52,530 nucleotides of DNA from Nemertoderma westbladi (taxonomy: Eukaryota > Animalia > Xenacoelomorpha), in the NCBI GenBank assembly GCA_032718475.1, contig JAUCBJ010002549.1:1-52530 (forward strand). The letters run 5' to 3'. Below are positions 1 through 11,612 of this stretch, one piece after another (the first letter of the stretch is position 1; every line of letters starts with the position of its first letter). The position numbers were made by a program, and so were the translations under genes. A model generated the notes under the pieces. That model searched no databases. It saw nothing but the letters and a program-made list of their open reading frames with translations, and had not been told where the DNA came from.

Positions 1-118
1 CCACAACCCCCCCCCCCCACCCTCTCCTGTCTCTAAAATAATGCGAAAATTCTACAGCCTCAAGTTGGATTTGAAATTGTGCCGTCTAAAAATATTGTGG
101 GAGCAGTTCAGGCGCCCT

Positions 119-378
119 ACGGACAGGCGCGGTACTGCGACACATTATTTACCGGACAGGCGCGGCACTGCGACACATTATTTACCGGACAGGCGCGGCA
201 CTGAGACACATTATTTACCGGACAGGCGCGGCACTGCGACACATTATTTACCAGACAGGCGCGGCACTGCGACACATTATTTACCGGACAGGCGCGGCAC
301 TGAGACACATTATTTACCGGACAGGCGCGGCACTGCGACACATTATTTACCAGACAGGCGCGGCACTGCGACACATTA
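119..378. repeat. 33-bp minisatellite (ACCGGACAGGCGCGGCACTGCGACACATTATTT), about 8 copies
   Basis: Direct tandem copies visible; the ORF track shows an 11-aa period (HYLPDRRGTAT). Confidence 0.95.
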
Positions 379-577
379 ATTACCGGAACTTTCCTACCGG
401 AGACTGAGAAACTTTATGCTCCTGAACGACATTCCTACCTAAATTTTTTTACTTACTGTGGTAAATTCCAGAAATTGTTTATTCCCTAACTAATTTATTA
501 GCTTGACCATTTATTTCTGTCTACTTTATTTATCTACTTTGTCTACTTTATTTATCTACTTTGTCTACTTTATTTAC

Positions 578-727
578 CTGGACTTCCCTACCGAACCCAC
601 AACTGGCCTCGAGTACGTCTCCAGGGAGTTTGAGGGTAATATCCAGCGATTGTCCGATTGTGTAACTTTTTTCCTGCGTAACTTCACAGCTGGAAGATGT
701 TGTCCGTTCAGTTTTAAAGGAATATTC
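578..727 (-). CDS. Exon 3 of ETX/MTX2 (aerolysin-type) pore-forming toxin-like gene
   Basis: Acceptor ...TAG, 150 nt phase 0, EYSFKTERTTSSSCEVTQEKSYTIGQSLDITLKLPGDVLEASCGFGREVQ, donor CAG|GTAAAT. Ser/Thr-rich beta pattern matches invertebrate ETX/MTX2-family proteins as I recall them. Confidence 0.8.
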
Positions 728-959
728 CTATAATTATAATTATTAATCACAAAGATATAGTATGATCGTTTAACAAATGGAGATAGGCCGCATTTTTCTT
801 GCACATTAAATAATCTTTATGAACAATGGAACGATGTAATTGTAATGGGCTTTCAGTTGCAACATATTTTCAGGTATTACATTGTATGTGAAGTCTTTCA
901 GTTGACTCAACAGTTCTCTCTTATTTGACTCTCATTGGTTCGTTCTGTCATTGACTCAC

Positions 960-1082
960 CTGTGGTCTCTCTGTTGTATTGTTGAAATAAGTAGTAAATA
1001 GAATTTGTGAATACGGCGTCATCTTCTTTTCCTGTCTAGAGTAGTTGGTTGTGTAATTAAATCTAATTTTGCTCCAGTCATA
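960..1082 (-). CDS. Exon 2 of ETX/MTX2-like gene
   Basis: Acceptor TTTCAG, 123 nt phase 0, YDWSKIRFNYTTNYSRQEKKMTPYSQILFTTYFNNTTERPQ, donor CAG|GTGAGT. In frame with exons 1 and 3. Confidence 0.8.
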
Positions 1083-1221
1083 CTGAAATAAATTTAAACA
1101 ATACCGGTACACTGTTTGTAACAAAAATTAAAATTCCCGTTTAAGCTTACCAATAATGTACGTGGCGGGTGGCGAAACTCTCGAGTTCAAATCACAGGAT
1201 AAATAAATGGCGTGGCATTAA

Positions 1222-1942
1222 GGGGGGGGGTACACCATTTTCGGACAACTCTTCGATTTATCACTCTCAGCGTTTCAAAATTGTTTGGTTTTGGCTAAAA
1301 TTTGGCATATAGGTGCCTAAGATGCTATTCTACATGACAGGTCAGAAAAAAAAATTTTTCCGCTATTTAATATTAGTTAATACTAGTTAACAATAAAAAA
1401 AACTTGGTTGCGCTTAAAACCCTAAGGCTTTTACAGTTTTGAACCTAATCACATGAAAGTTTTTTTATATGATAGATCAAAGATGGGGCAACATAACTAT
1501 CAGGCGAAATTTTGTTAAAATAATTCTGCACCGCTAGGTGGCGCTGCAAATTTATGCTAATTTTTAGGTTTTTTATAAATAGTATTAAATTTTATTAACA
1601 AAAAATTTCGAAAAGTTGCCTGATACTTTTATGCAGGGTGGCTATCTAGACACCCACAGGAAGTTTCAGACTAATTACTCAAAAATTGTAGAAGTAGTAG
1701 GGTTTTGAAGTTGACAATTTCATGAAAAAAATATTTGGAGATAATCGACCTTTCATTATACATAGTAATAGTAATTTCAATAGGATTCCCTAAATGGAAA
1801 TTTACATAACTTGAAAACTAAAAGAGCTATTAAATAGCGGTTTTCAGATTTGGAAACACCATTCAATGGTGCATTATAATAGACCATAAAAAAAATTTCG
1901 ACATATTTTGGACCAAAATGGTGTACCCCCCCCCCCCCCCCC
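1222..1942. mobile_element. Non-autonomous DNA transposon with TTAA TSD (Kolobok-like MITE)
   Basis: TTAA at 1218-1221 and 1943-1946; TIR G(n)TACACCATTTT...AAAATGGTGTAC(C)n; a partial second copy starts at 28806. Confidence 0.8.
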
Positions 1943-1970
1943 TTAATCTACAAATTGTCCAGCTGATTAT

Positions 1971-3392
1971 TAGGGCGGTGCGTTTTTTACTTTTTTTCGA
2001 TTTCATTGTTCTACCGGTGCACAAAAGTTGCCAAATGGTAAAAAATTAAGGCAAAAAAAATTTCTATAAATTTTGTCTATGTCTTCACGGATCCCAAGGG
2101 GGTTGAAATTTTGTGCCCTCGCGATGCATCATCATGAAATTTATAACTATATAACACATTGATGAAAGATCAATGACTCAAGAAATAACTTCCTGCATGC
2201 ATCAAATGTCATCAAATGGGTCCAAACTTAGTTAGAAACCAAAATTTTGATTTTTGGATCAAGGGAACTAGTGCCACAGGCACATAGGCAGAACCTACCC
2301 TTTGGCGCAAGTGACAATTATTCTCAATTTTCGCGATGGCCAACTTTTAGTTCTCCTACTGCTTTAATATTATGCTCATTAGAACCGCAATGACCGATTT
2401 AGTGGGGGTAGACACCATCAAAACAAGCATAGAGCGAATAGTTCTTGAGATATCGCAGAAAATGTGAAGTCCGGCACAAGTCTACATTACCGCCTTGATG
2501 CGATATGGACAAATATACTAAAAATGATACTTTGAATTATCTCAAGGAATCAAGAATAGACACATCACAGAAAATGATCAATGTAGTGGGTGTAGACACC
2601 TTCAAAATAAGAGTAGAAGTCAGTAGTTCTTGAGCTATTTTACAAAATGTCAAGACTATGTCCACCAATTTATTGATACTTGATATTGAGATTGAGTTGA
2701 CCCATTCCACACATTTCGTACAAAAACTATAGTGAACTAATCACTACTCTTTTCATTTTGAAGGTGTCTGTATACACTAAATCAATTTGTTGCAGTGATG
2801 TGTATATTTTTGATGCCTTAAGATAATTCAAAGTATCATTGTTAGTGTATTTGCCCATATCGCTTCAAGGCGGTAATGTAGACTTGTGCCGGACTTCACA
2901 TTTTCTGCGATATCTCAAGAACTATTCGCTCTATGTTTGTTTTGAAGGTGTCTACCCCCACTAAATCGGTCATTGTGGTTCTAATGAGCATACTATTAAT
3001 GCAGTAGGAGTTCTAAAAGTTGGCCATCGCAAAAATTGAGAATAATCGTCACGTGCGCCAAAGGGTAGGTTCTGGCCACTGTGCCTGTGGCACTAGTTCC
3101 CTTGATCCGAAATTTTAAATTTTGGTATCTAACTAAGTTTGGACCCATTTGATGACATTTGATGCATGAAGGAAGTTCTTTCTTGCATCATTGATCTTTC
3201 ATTAATGTGTTATATTGTTATAAATTTCATTGTGGTGCATCGCGAAGGCTTAAAATTTCAACCCCCTTGGGATCCGTCAAGATATCGATGAAATTTAGAT
3301 AAATTTTTTTGCCTTAATTTTATACCATTTGGCAACTTTTGTGCACCGGTAGAACAATGAAATCGAAAAAAAGTAAAAAACGCACCGCCCTA
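1971..3392. mobile_element. Foldback non-autonomous hAT-like element with arms of roughly 650 bp
   Basis: Ends TAGGGCGGTGCG...CGCACCGCCCTA; 8-bp TSD CTGATTAT at 1963-1970 and 3393-3400; arms stay complementary almost to the centre. Confidence 0.9.
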
Positions 3393-3400
3393 CTGATTAT

Positions 3401-3439
3401 GCTGCAATGCAGCATGCCGAACGTAGTCGTAGTAGTAGT
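3401..3439 (+). mobile_element. Extreme 3' remnant of the RTE LINE family
   Basis: GCTGCAATGCAGCATGCCGA followed by a degenerate (TAG)n tail matches the 3' end of the other RTE copies. Confidence 0.7.
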
Positions 3440-3680
3440 CCCCCAAGACGAAAATGGACGCAATAAATATTTAAACTGATTAATCTCAAAACTTGTTCTA
3501 TTAACTTATTCTTTTATAGTTTTGGTTAGAATACCCTGGCCACATTAACCTGCACCTTCCATTAATTTATCATTTTCAAATTGAGATTAAATATTAATTC
3601 GCCGAGGTTTGCGTCGAGTCAACCCCTCGCCCTGTCTCTAATTGTATAAGTGCTGTAATCCTAACCCGTATATAACTCAC

Positions 3681-3797
3681 ATTAAACTGAATAAATTCTT
3701 CTGGGATCTTCTTATTTTTCTTTGTTTTCGTTATAGACCACATCGTTTTGGCCCATTTCTCCACAATATTTTCAAGGTCCACGTTTTCCGTAGCCAT
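3681..3797 (-). CDS. Exon 1 (coding start) of ETX/MTX2-like gene
   Basis: ATG, MATENVDLENIVEKWAKTMWSITKTKKNKKIPEEFIQFN, donor AAT|GTGAGT in phase 0. Confidence 0.75.
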
Positions 3798-4884
3798 GCC
3801 TACAGCTGCAGCTGCTGGTTAAATATTATACCTAGTACTATATGTATAATTATGTTTGTACTACAAAACACGTAAAATAAATCAATATAAAATATATGTT
3901 AGTAATTTAAAACGGAAAGTAAATTTGATCGTTTGATATTTATGAAGTGTTCCATCTGACGGCACAAAGATAACATACTGTAGAAGATTATATAAAAAGC
4001 CAATATTAACATTAACAAACTTATCATAGCCAATTTGTAAACTGTTGAGTTCACCAGAATATGAACTTATTTGTATTGTATCTACATAGTAATGTATAGA
4101 TACAACAAAACAAATTAGTTTTCCGCGTGATATAAACCTTAAAAATATTACTTGGCATATGTATACAGTACCAAGACATTAAAATAATATACTTTGTTTA
4201 ACATTTTTGCTTTGAACTTCGACTTAAGACATCATGTATATATTGGCTCTTCCATTGTCATTCTACATTTTTTGGATGCATCGCAAGTCTTAGGTATTTT
4301 ATTCGGAAATGAAAAAAATTAGGATTAGGAAGCACACACCAACGCTACTGTACAACTGTACATCCGTTCCAAAGGATAAGCAACTGTAAGACTGTTCGAG
4401 TAGAAGTGGACTAAATGAGCTGCAAGGGCCAGGTGAAAGTGGCTGCTACTGTAAAAGGGATCAACCTCCGGCCCCGGTGACGTGCTTCCTCTTTTTTTCA
4501 GTTTGAAAAAATTATTTAAATCATTAGTTACACTATCATTAGTTATACTGTGCGGCGTCCTTTTAAATACAGAGATCAATGTCTCTTGAGAAACACGTAG
4601 AAACACGGATGTAAATACAATCAAAACGTTAACACGTTGTTGCTGTACGCACCTCGATTATACCGAAGCAAGATCAGGGGTCAAGCACAGAAGCTCTGGA
4701 TGGTGCATCTTGGTAGTTTGGTTCTGGGGGACCGCACTGAAAATTAGTCGTCAGTCGTTGTACAGTATGTAATCCCTAACAAACTGGCCGAATAATACTT
4801 TACTTTTTTTTACTTTTTAGGGAAAGGGGGCACATACTTGCTCCCAGACTTTATCCAACCATTTATTTTCTCCCCTCAGCAGAA

Positions 4885-4950
4885 ACCAGGATCCAATATC
4901 CCGGGGTAGGTATCGAACCCAGGACCTCTCATATGGAGGTGGATTGGATG
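4885..4950 (-). mobile_element. Possible tRNA-derived SINE fragment
   Basis: B-box-like GGTTCGATACC within GGTCCTGGGTTCGATACC; A box not clear. Confidence 0.3.
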
Positions 4951-5814
4951 TAATAATTGTATATGGCGGTAAAATGCCAAATAAATATACAGTAGTCTTA
5001 TAGTTATACTAATAAATAAAGAAAGTTAGATATTTAGATATTTATTAATTTATTTATAAATTATAACGGACCAAACGTGGTGGTAGAGGCGTAAGCGAGC
5101 CCTTCTGACGCCCGAGGATTGAATCTGATATAGCCCCCCCCCCCCCCCCCCCCCATCCAAAAATGTTAGCTTTTCATTTATGATTGTTCTTTTCTTATAT
5201 ATTATATATCTTAACTGTATATATAACTATAACAAATTTATTATATACAGTTTAGTATGATAGAATATATATAGTAGTATGATAAAGTGCACTTATAATA
5301 GATTGAATGACGAGCGAAGCGAGCAGAGAAAAGTTTCCACAATTTCGCTTGGCGAATCTCTAGCGAATCATGTCTAGTACAGTATATACAGTAGAGCCTA
5401 CTGGTATATCACAAGCACTGACTTTTAATTTATAAGTCATATTTTTACAAGAATTCCCTGACAACAGGGTTGGTGCGCGAAAACATTGCTGGGCTAGAAT
5501 TCAATTGAATAAGGGGTAATAAGGTGCCCTGAATTGAGTGGCGGGGTGTGTTTTTTGTAAAACACGAGGAAACGATGGAAATGACGGGATTGTGTAAGCG
5601 CGGGAAGCCAATTTTGAAAATCGGCAATGATTGGCTACTACAGAATTGACGTCACTACAAAGTGCTCTGAAAATTTCTTACCCTGGTTTCTATGGATGGT
5701 GAGTTTCGATTAATTGAAATGCACATTAAATCTCAACCATTTCACGTGGCTTATATCAATTGAAAGCGGAGAGTCTTGCGCGTCTTCAGGTACTACAATT
5801 AATTAAAGCTAATT

Positions 5815-7237
5815 AAATGAAAACAAATAAGTTGGTGCCAGTTCCCAAGAAGGGCAACCTAACACTCTATGGTTCTTTTCGGGGAATCTCATTGATCTCG
5901 ATTGCTGCAAAGCTATACAATAGGATTCTATTAAATCGCATCAGGGATCCCATTGAGAGACTGCTCCGTGGAAATCAGAATGGGTTCCGTAAAGGTCGTG
6001 GGACCATGGAGCCCATTTTGGCACTTAGAAGGATAATTGAAGAATTATAAAAAAGAAAGACAGGCATCTATCTGGCTGTTATCTTTGTCGACTTCTTCAA
6101 GGCCTTTGATTCAGTCTCTCGCTCACGTATGTTCAGCATACTTTCATTATATGGGATTCCTGATGAAATTATTGCAGCAATCAGATAAGTATACGATGGT
6201 TCGACAACATTTGTGTCTACTGTTGTCGGTGACACAGAACCATTTGAAGTGTTATGGGGCGTCCTCCAAGGAGACACACTTGCACCATTCTTGTTCATTA
6301 TTGTGGTTGACTATGTTCTACGCATGTCCTTAGATCATCATAATGATGATGGGGTGATGATAACTCCACCTACTGGCTCCAGAAGTCGAGGACATCCTGC
6401 CAAGTACCTAACTGATCTAGACTTTGCTGATGACTTAGGAGTACTCACAGAATCATTAGAGGGAACCAACGGCTCCTCAGCTCATTAGAACATGCTGCTT
6501 CTAGTGTTGGTCTTTTTATTAACTCCAGAAAGACCAAAATTTGACAGTTAACTTTGAAAGTCCTCAGCAAGTCTCTGATCGGATGAGCATAAGCTCAAAG
6601 GATGGTATGCTTGAGCATGTGGACAACTTCTGTTACCTGGGATCATGGATCCGGAAGTCAGGTGAGGACCTTCGAATACGTAAGGGAAAGGCATGGGCAG
6701 CCTTGAATAGGCTTTCCAGGATTTGGAAGTCACCGAGAATTAATCGGAAACTTAAGGTCCGATTATTTAGAGCAGCAGTAGTTCCAGTACTCCTCTATGG
6801 GAGTCCATGCTGTGCTCTAACTGCTGAGGACACCAAATCTCTGGATGGCACATTCACAAGGATGCTACGCCGGGTTCATTGTGTCAAGTACAATGCACAC
6901 ATCTCCAACCAGACACTATATAACATTGGAGGTGTCTCATTGGTTACCCCAAGCTTGACACTAGAACAAAATCGCCTCCGCTTTGCAGGACATTGCTTTC
7001 GCCGTGAGGACCAGCCAGTGCCTAATCTTGTACTTTGGCAACCTCATGGAGTGAATAAGCATGGTGGACAGCCCATGACTTTCTTGAGACGCATCTTAAA
7101 GGACACTGGCCTTGAAGATGCGGATGATCTAGCAAATGTCATGGGTGATAGGGAGTTGTGGCGGTGCAATTTTGTTGACAAGCCGTCACAGCATTCTTAA
7201 AAATGCAGCTGCAATGCAGCATGCCGATCCTAGTTGT
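5815..7237 (+). mobile_element. RTE-clade LINE, 5'-truncated, RT pseudogene
   Basis: RT motifs (QNGFRKGR, VDFFKAFDS, GVLQGDTLAPFLF, DFADD) broken by frameshifts and a stop; 3' end AAATGCAGCTGCAATGCAGCATGCCGATCCTAG. Confidence 0.9.
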
Positions 7238-10194
7238 AAAGCCACTCGATTTATGGCACGTTGTTAACATAATTCAATTGTTTTTAGTTTTTAATTTTTC
7301 CCTGCAACCCTATTCAAGAAAAATTGAATTCCCTGACAATTCCAGGTGATTGAGAACCTGGACCGGCGTCCCTGGGTGAGTGCGCCCGGGGGAACGTCCA
7401 ACCCCCCTAACCCCCCCCCTCCCCCACTCGCTACGCCTCTACAATGTGCGTTATTATTAAACTGTAATACTGAGTAAATTTAATGTATGCTGTTTCTGAA
7501 AAAAAAATAAAGAAAAAATTATAAAAAACAAACTTTCTGTAGTGCAGTATGTAATTACTGTAAGATACTGACGCAAATTGATACTCATTATGGCTTTTAT
7601 TTAAGTACTTCTTACAGTACCTACCGACAGTCAACCCTTCCCTCCTATTACTCTAATGGTATTTTATGATTTGGAATTTTCTCAACGGGTGGCAGTTATT
7701 AGGAGGGCAGGGGATCTGTGTGGTGGGTAATTATTTTCCTTGCACGGAGCCCTGCCCAGACTGGTGGTAACGCCCATTAAACCAATGAGAAGGGTTCAAA
7801 TGGAAACCAATTCCAAGCTACTCAGCAATTCCCAAGCCGATATGCCCCTGGGATGTCAAGTAGGTAATGATTGCACTACTACTCCCTGTGCACAACATTA
7901 TTTCCTAATAATATGAAACTACAGAGGATCTCGAAAGGATTCTGTTCTCCTGTATATGATATGATACCATAGGTATAGAGTACACTTGGTGATAAGGGCC
8001 GCAAAAATTAATAAATAAAAAATATAAAAATAATAAATAAATAAAAATCATAATAATATAAAAACAAATTATGTGATTTGGATTGTTTTACAATGAAAAA
8101 AAAAAACATTTTGAAATTACAAACTAAATTTCACTTCATTGATCTTGAAGTAAAGTCAATTTTATAGAAAATAAATTAATTAATACTTACGAAATGGCAT
8201 AATAGCAAGTATTTCAATGTTAATTAATTAATAATAATAAATTATAGAAATAATATATAGCATTGAAATTATTCATTACATAATGGCATTAATTAATGTA
8301 TGATTTTATTAACTCCATTATTTAATGATGATGGGTAATACTTAATTAGATTGGCAGATTTAATTTCAATTATCTTATTGCTACTGTGAGGTGATATTGG
8401 TTGGCACGATGATGGGTCTTGTTTCTTCGCCAATCCCATTACTTTGCACAACTATAGCGCCTATCTACTTTTGTCTCTTATTCTCTATGGTCTATCTTTA
8501 TCTTTATTTATTTCTTATTTATTATAAGGAGTGGAGTATGGGGATTTTCATTTTCCTGAAATGTCATGTTATACTCGACCTCCATCAGGGACTTATTGAT
8601 AATATTGCAGTACCGGTCGCGGTCGGTTTCGGTTCAGGTTCCGGTCGACCAATTTCAGACTATTAAGGACTTCCGTGTAACCACCAGTGCCGGCTGACAG
8701 GTTGGTAACACCCACGTTCACGTTTATACAGTTACACTACCGTATGGAGAACAACAATAGGGCTACACTTTTTTTTTTATAAGAACACAGTTTATAAGAA
8801 CACGAGGCTCGAATTCGCGAAAAAATTAAGAACTTATTCTAAGAACAACTTGAGGCTCAGATTCCACAAAGTGAGTTAAGTAACCTTGATTGATAAGCTC
8901 CAGATGCAGAGAAATCAAATTTCGTTAAATACTGAATCTACTGTACATAACTACTGTAAATGTTTTAGTTTCAGTACACCTGAAGGCATACTGCAGTACT
9001 GTACCTACAGTACCGTACTGTTCACTATCAACAGCTGAACAGTACTGTAGTAGGCCTACTGTAATTAGACAATGTTTGATACTTATGGTAGAGTACGGTA
9101 TGCCTACTGTACTGTAATGCAAGAACAGTTTAAGAACATTTCAGGCTGAAAGTTCGAGATATTTTAAGAACATGAGGTTCGTGGGAGGGAGGTTCCCCCC
9201 CTCCCACCTCCCTCACCCTCCTCTAACGAGGGTGACACATTATTTCATGTAAATTAACACGAATATGATAAATAACTTTTTACAGAAATACGACGAATGT
9301 ATAATTAATTGTGCTTATGTTTAATAATTACAAAATTAGTATTAAATATTAATTAATTAAATAATAAAAATGATTAAATGATATTTAGGCAGTAGTTGAA
9401 GTAATTGTGAAACACCACGATTCATTTAAAATTGACAGATTTAAGATTAAATGTTGGAATTTAGCAAATAAATAATAATTCAACAATAAAAATGTTGCAA
9501 TTGTTATTTATTTAAACTGTTGATTGGAGAATGTAATAATTGTGGAAGAACATGTTTTTGAATGTAACATTACAATATATTTTTTTATAGACATACTAAA
9601 TATCGAGCTTATCTGAGTTAATGTCAAATAAATAACATGTGGTTAGTTTCTAAAGTAGACTAAACAACCATCAGTAGGCCTATTTCTGTAGCATTAAGTA
9701 ACAATCTATAAAAATGTTTAATCGTTGTTCAATAAAGATTATCTCGCGAAGTTAATGGGATTTCACTTGTAAGATATAATATTATTATGTCTCAGAATTC
9801 AATTCAAAAAAGTAAACAACGATGGGAGGGCAGAAGAAATACTAAAAAACAGTTAGCAAATGTGTATCCAATTATAATAAAGTAAAGCAATAACTTTACT
9901 TTTAGAAATAGACCTACATATTTCGATAATAAATCATAAAATTTGCAACTTGTCCATTTTTGATTTTTTATGGTTGGGGGGCACTTACTTGTCCACGCCC
10001 CAGCCCAGCCGAGGGCGGAAAAAACCGAGATCTGCCCCTGGGAGCGGGGGGGGGGGGGGGGGGGGGCGTGGGGCTTTCGATTAAATCAAAATTCATCCTT
10101 TCCAGAGGAAAATCGACGCATTTGATTGTATTTGGTTGAAATAACGTGTTACTTTAACCTGCTCCTTCTCATTAATTAATTGATAATTACATTG

Positions 10195-10405
10195 TGTAGC
10201 AACTCACTCCATAGTCTGATAATAATGTCTGAATATGAGTTGCCAAATATCAAGCAAAAAATATAGTTAGGAACAACCGAATCTCCCAAGTCTGATGTCT
10301 GGCCTGATTGTTATTAGGCAACCAGCAACTTGTTCCTATGCTGGGCCATACAATGTACAGCATTAGTTGTTATATTCTATTTATACATAAAATGCTGCCG
10401 CCACA
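10195..10405 (-). repeat. 3' LTR of the Gypsy element
   Basis: TGTAGCAACTCACTCC...GCCGCCACA, direct repeat of 13659-13877. Confidence 0.9.
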
Positions 10406-10454
10406 TTACCCCCCAAGAAATAAAGGTATACAAACTACAGATAGTCCGGGGGGG

Positions 10455-11612
10455 CGATGCCTCTGGAACAGCAGTGGGAACTGCTCTAGAACAGCTAGTG
10501 GGCAACTCGAGGTATCCACTAGCTTTCTTCATCCACCAACTACGTCCTCCAGGGATAAAGTGCAGTGCATTCGACCAGGAGCTCCTCGCACTGTACCTCA
10601 CTGTGTGTCACTTCCAGTACTTCCTGGAGGGCCGTGTATTCACCATACACTGACCATTAACCACTAAAATTCGCTTTCACCAAGATCAGCAACCCGCAGT
10701 CTAACAGCCAGTAACGCCACTTGGCCTACATATCGGAATTCACCATGACTATCGAACATGTCGCTGGTAAGACAAGGATGCAGAATTCCCCACCTACCGC
10801 ACAGCTATATCTGGGCTCTAGTTAGATGACATCCCATTCCGTCCCACTGGCACATCTCTGCTCTGCGGCGTCTCCCTCGACAACTACGCCTTATCATTCC
10901 CACTGCTTGGAGACGTGGGGTTTTCGACACCATCTACAGGTTATCCCCCCCCCTGGTGCGAGAACCACCAAGATTCTCGTCGCCGAAAGATTGTATGGCA
11001 CGGACTCGGGTGAATGGGCAAAAACCTGGTTCCCATGTCAATCCTCCAAGGTTCAATGACACATTCGCGTTCCCCTCTTCACCTTTGAGGCTCCCCACCG
11101 ACGGTTTGACCATATCCACGTGGATCTGGTTAGCCCCCTACCACCCACCTGTTATCTAACAGTAGTGGACTGATTTACTCGATGGCTAGAGGCTGTGCCT
11201 CTCATGGAGACCACTACTGAGAACTGCGCCTGAGCCCTCATAGCGAACTGGATTGCACAGTTCGGTGTGCTCACTAATTTCTCCTCCGACATGACAGAGG
11301 ATCGCATTTCATCTCATAGCTCTGTTCATCCGTCAACCAGCTGCTGGGTACCCAACTGCACCACACCACAGCCTACCACCTGCAAGTGAATGGGCTGGTC
11401 AAGTGGTTCCACCGTCACCTCAAGTCATCACTGCGTGCCTCCCTGACTTGGTTTGGATTGGGTTGATGAGTTACCATTGGTATTGCTGGGAATCCGAACA
11501 GCCCCCAAGGAGGACTTCGTCACCTCATCTGCCGAACTCGTACATGGTGCACCCCTCACCATCCCAGGTGAGTTCCTTCCACAGGCTCCAGACACCCAAC
11601 ACACCCCATATG
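10455..11612 (+). pseudogene. Gypsy RNase H and integrase core, inverted relative to the element
   Basis: DASGTAVG..PLAFF..AFDQELLALY..FQYFLEGRVFTIHTDH; integrase HIHVDLV..FTRWLEAVPL..HHTTAYH..NGLV..WVDELPLVLLGIRT. Confidence 0.85.

Noticed and set aside
119-378. CRISPR-like or coding repeat (ORFs 41-379 and 117-374)
   Set aside because: Contiguous tandem units with no unique spacers; the ORFs follow from the 33-bp period.
380-445. Exon 4 of the toxin-like gene
   Set aside because: An acceptor-like AG is present, but the phase-0 reading stops after 14 aa and does not resemble the expected continuation.
4325-4740. ORF 4325-4624 and a possible terminal exon (CGPPEPNYQDAPSRASVLDP-stop)
   Set aside because: No recognisable motif and no linkable upstream exons.
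5083-7442. Single MITE bounded by GTAGAGGCGTA(A)GCGAG / CTCGCTACGCCTCTAC
   Set aside because: The inverted match is real but no TSD matches; likely ends of separate related elements.
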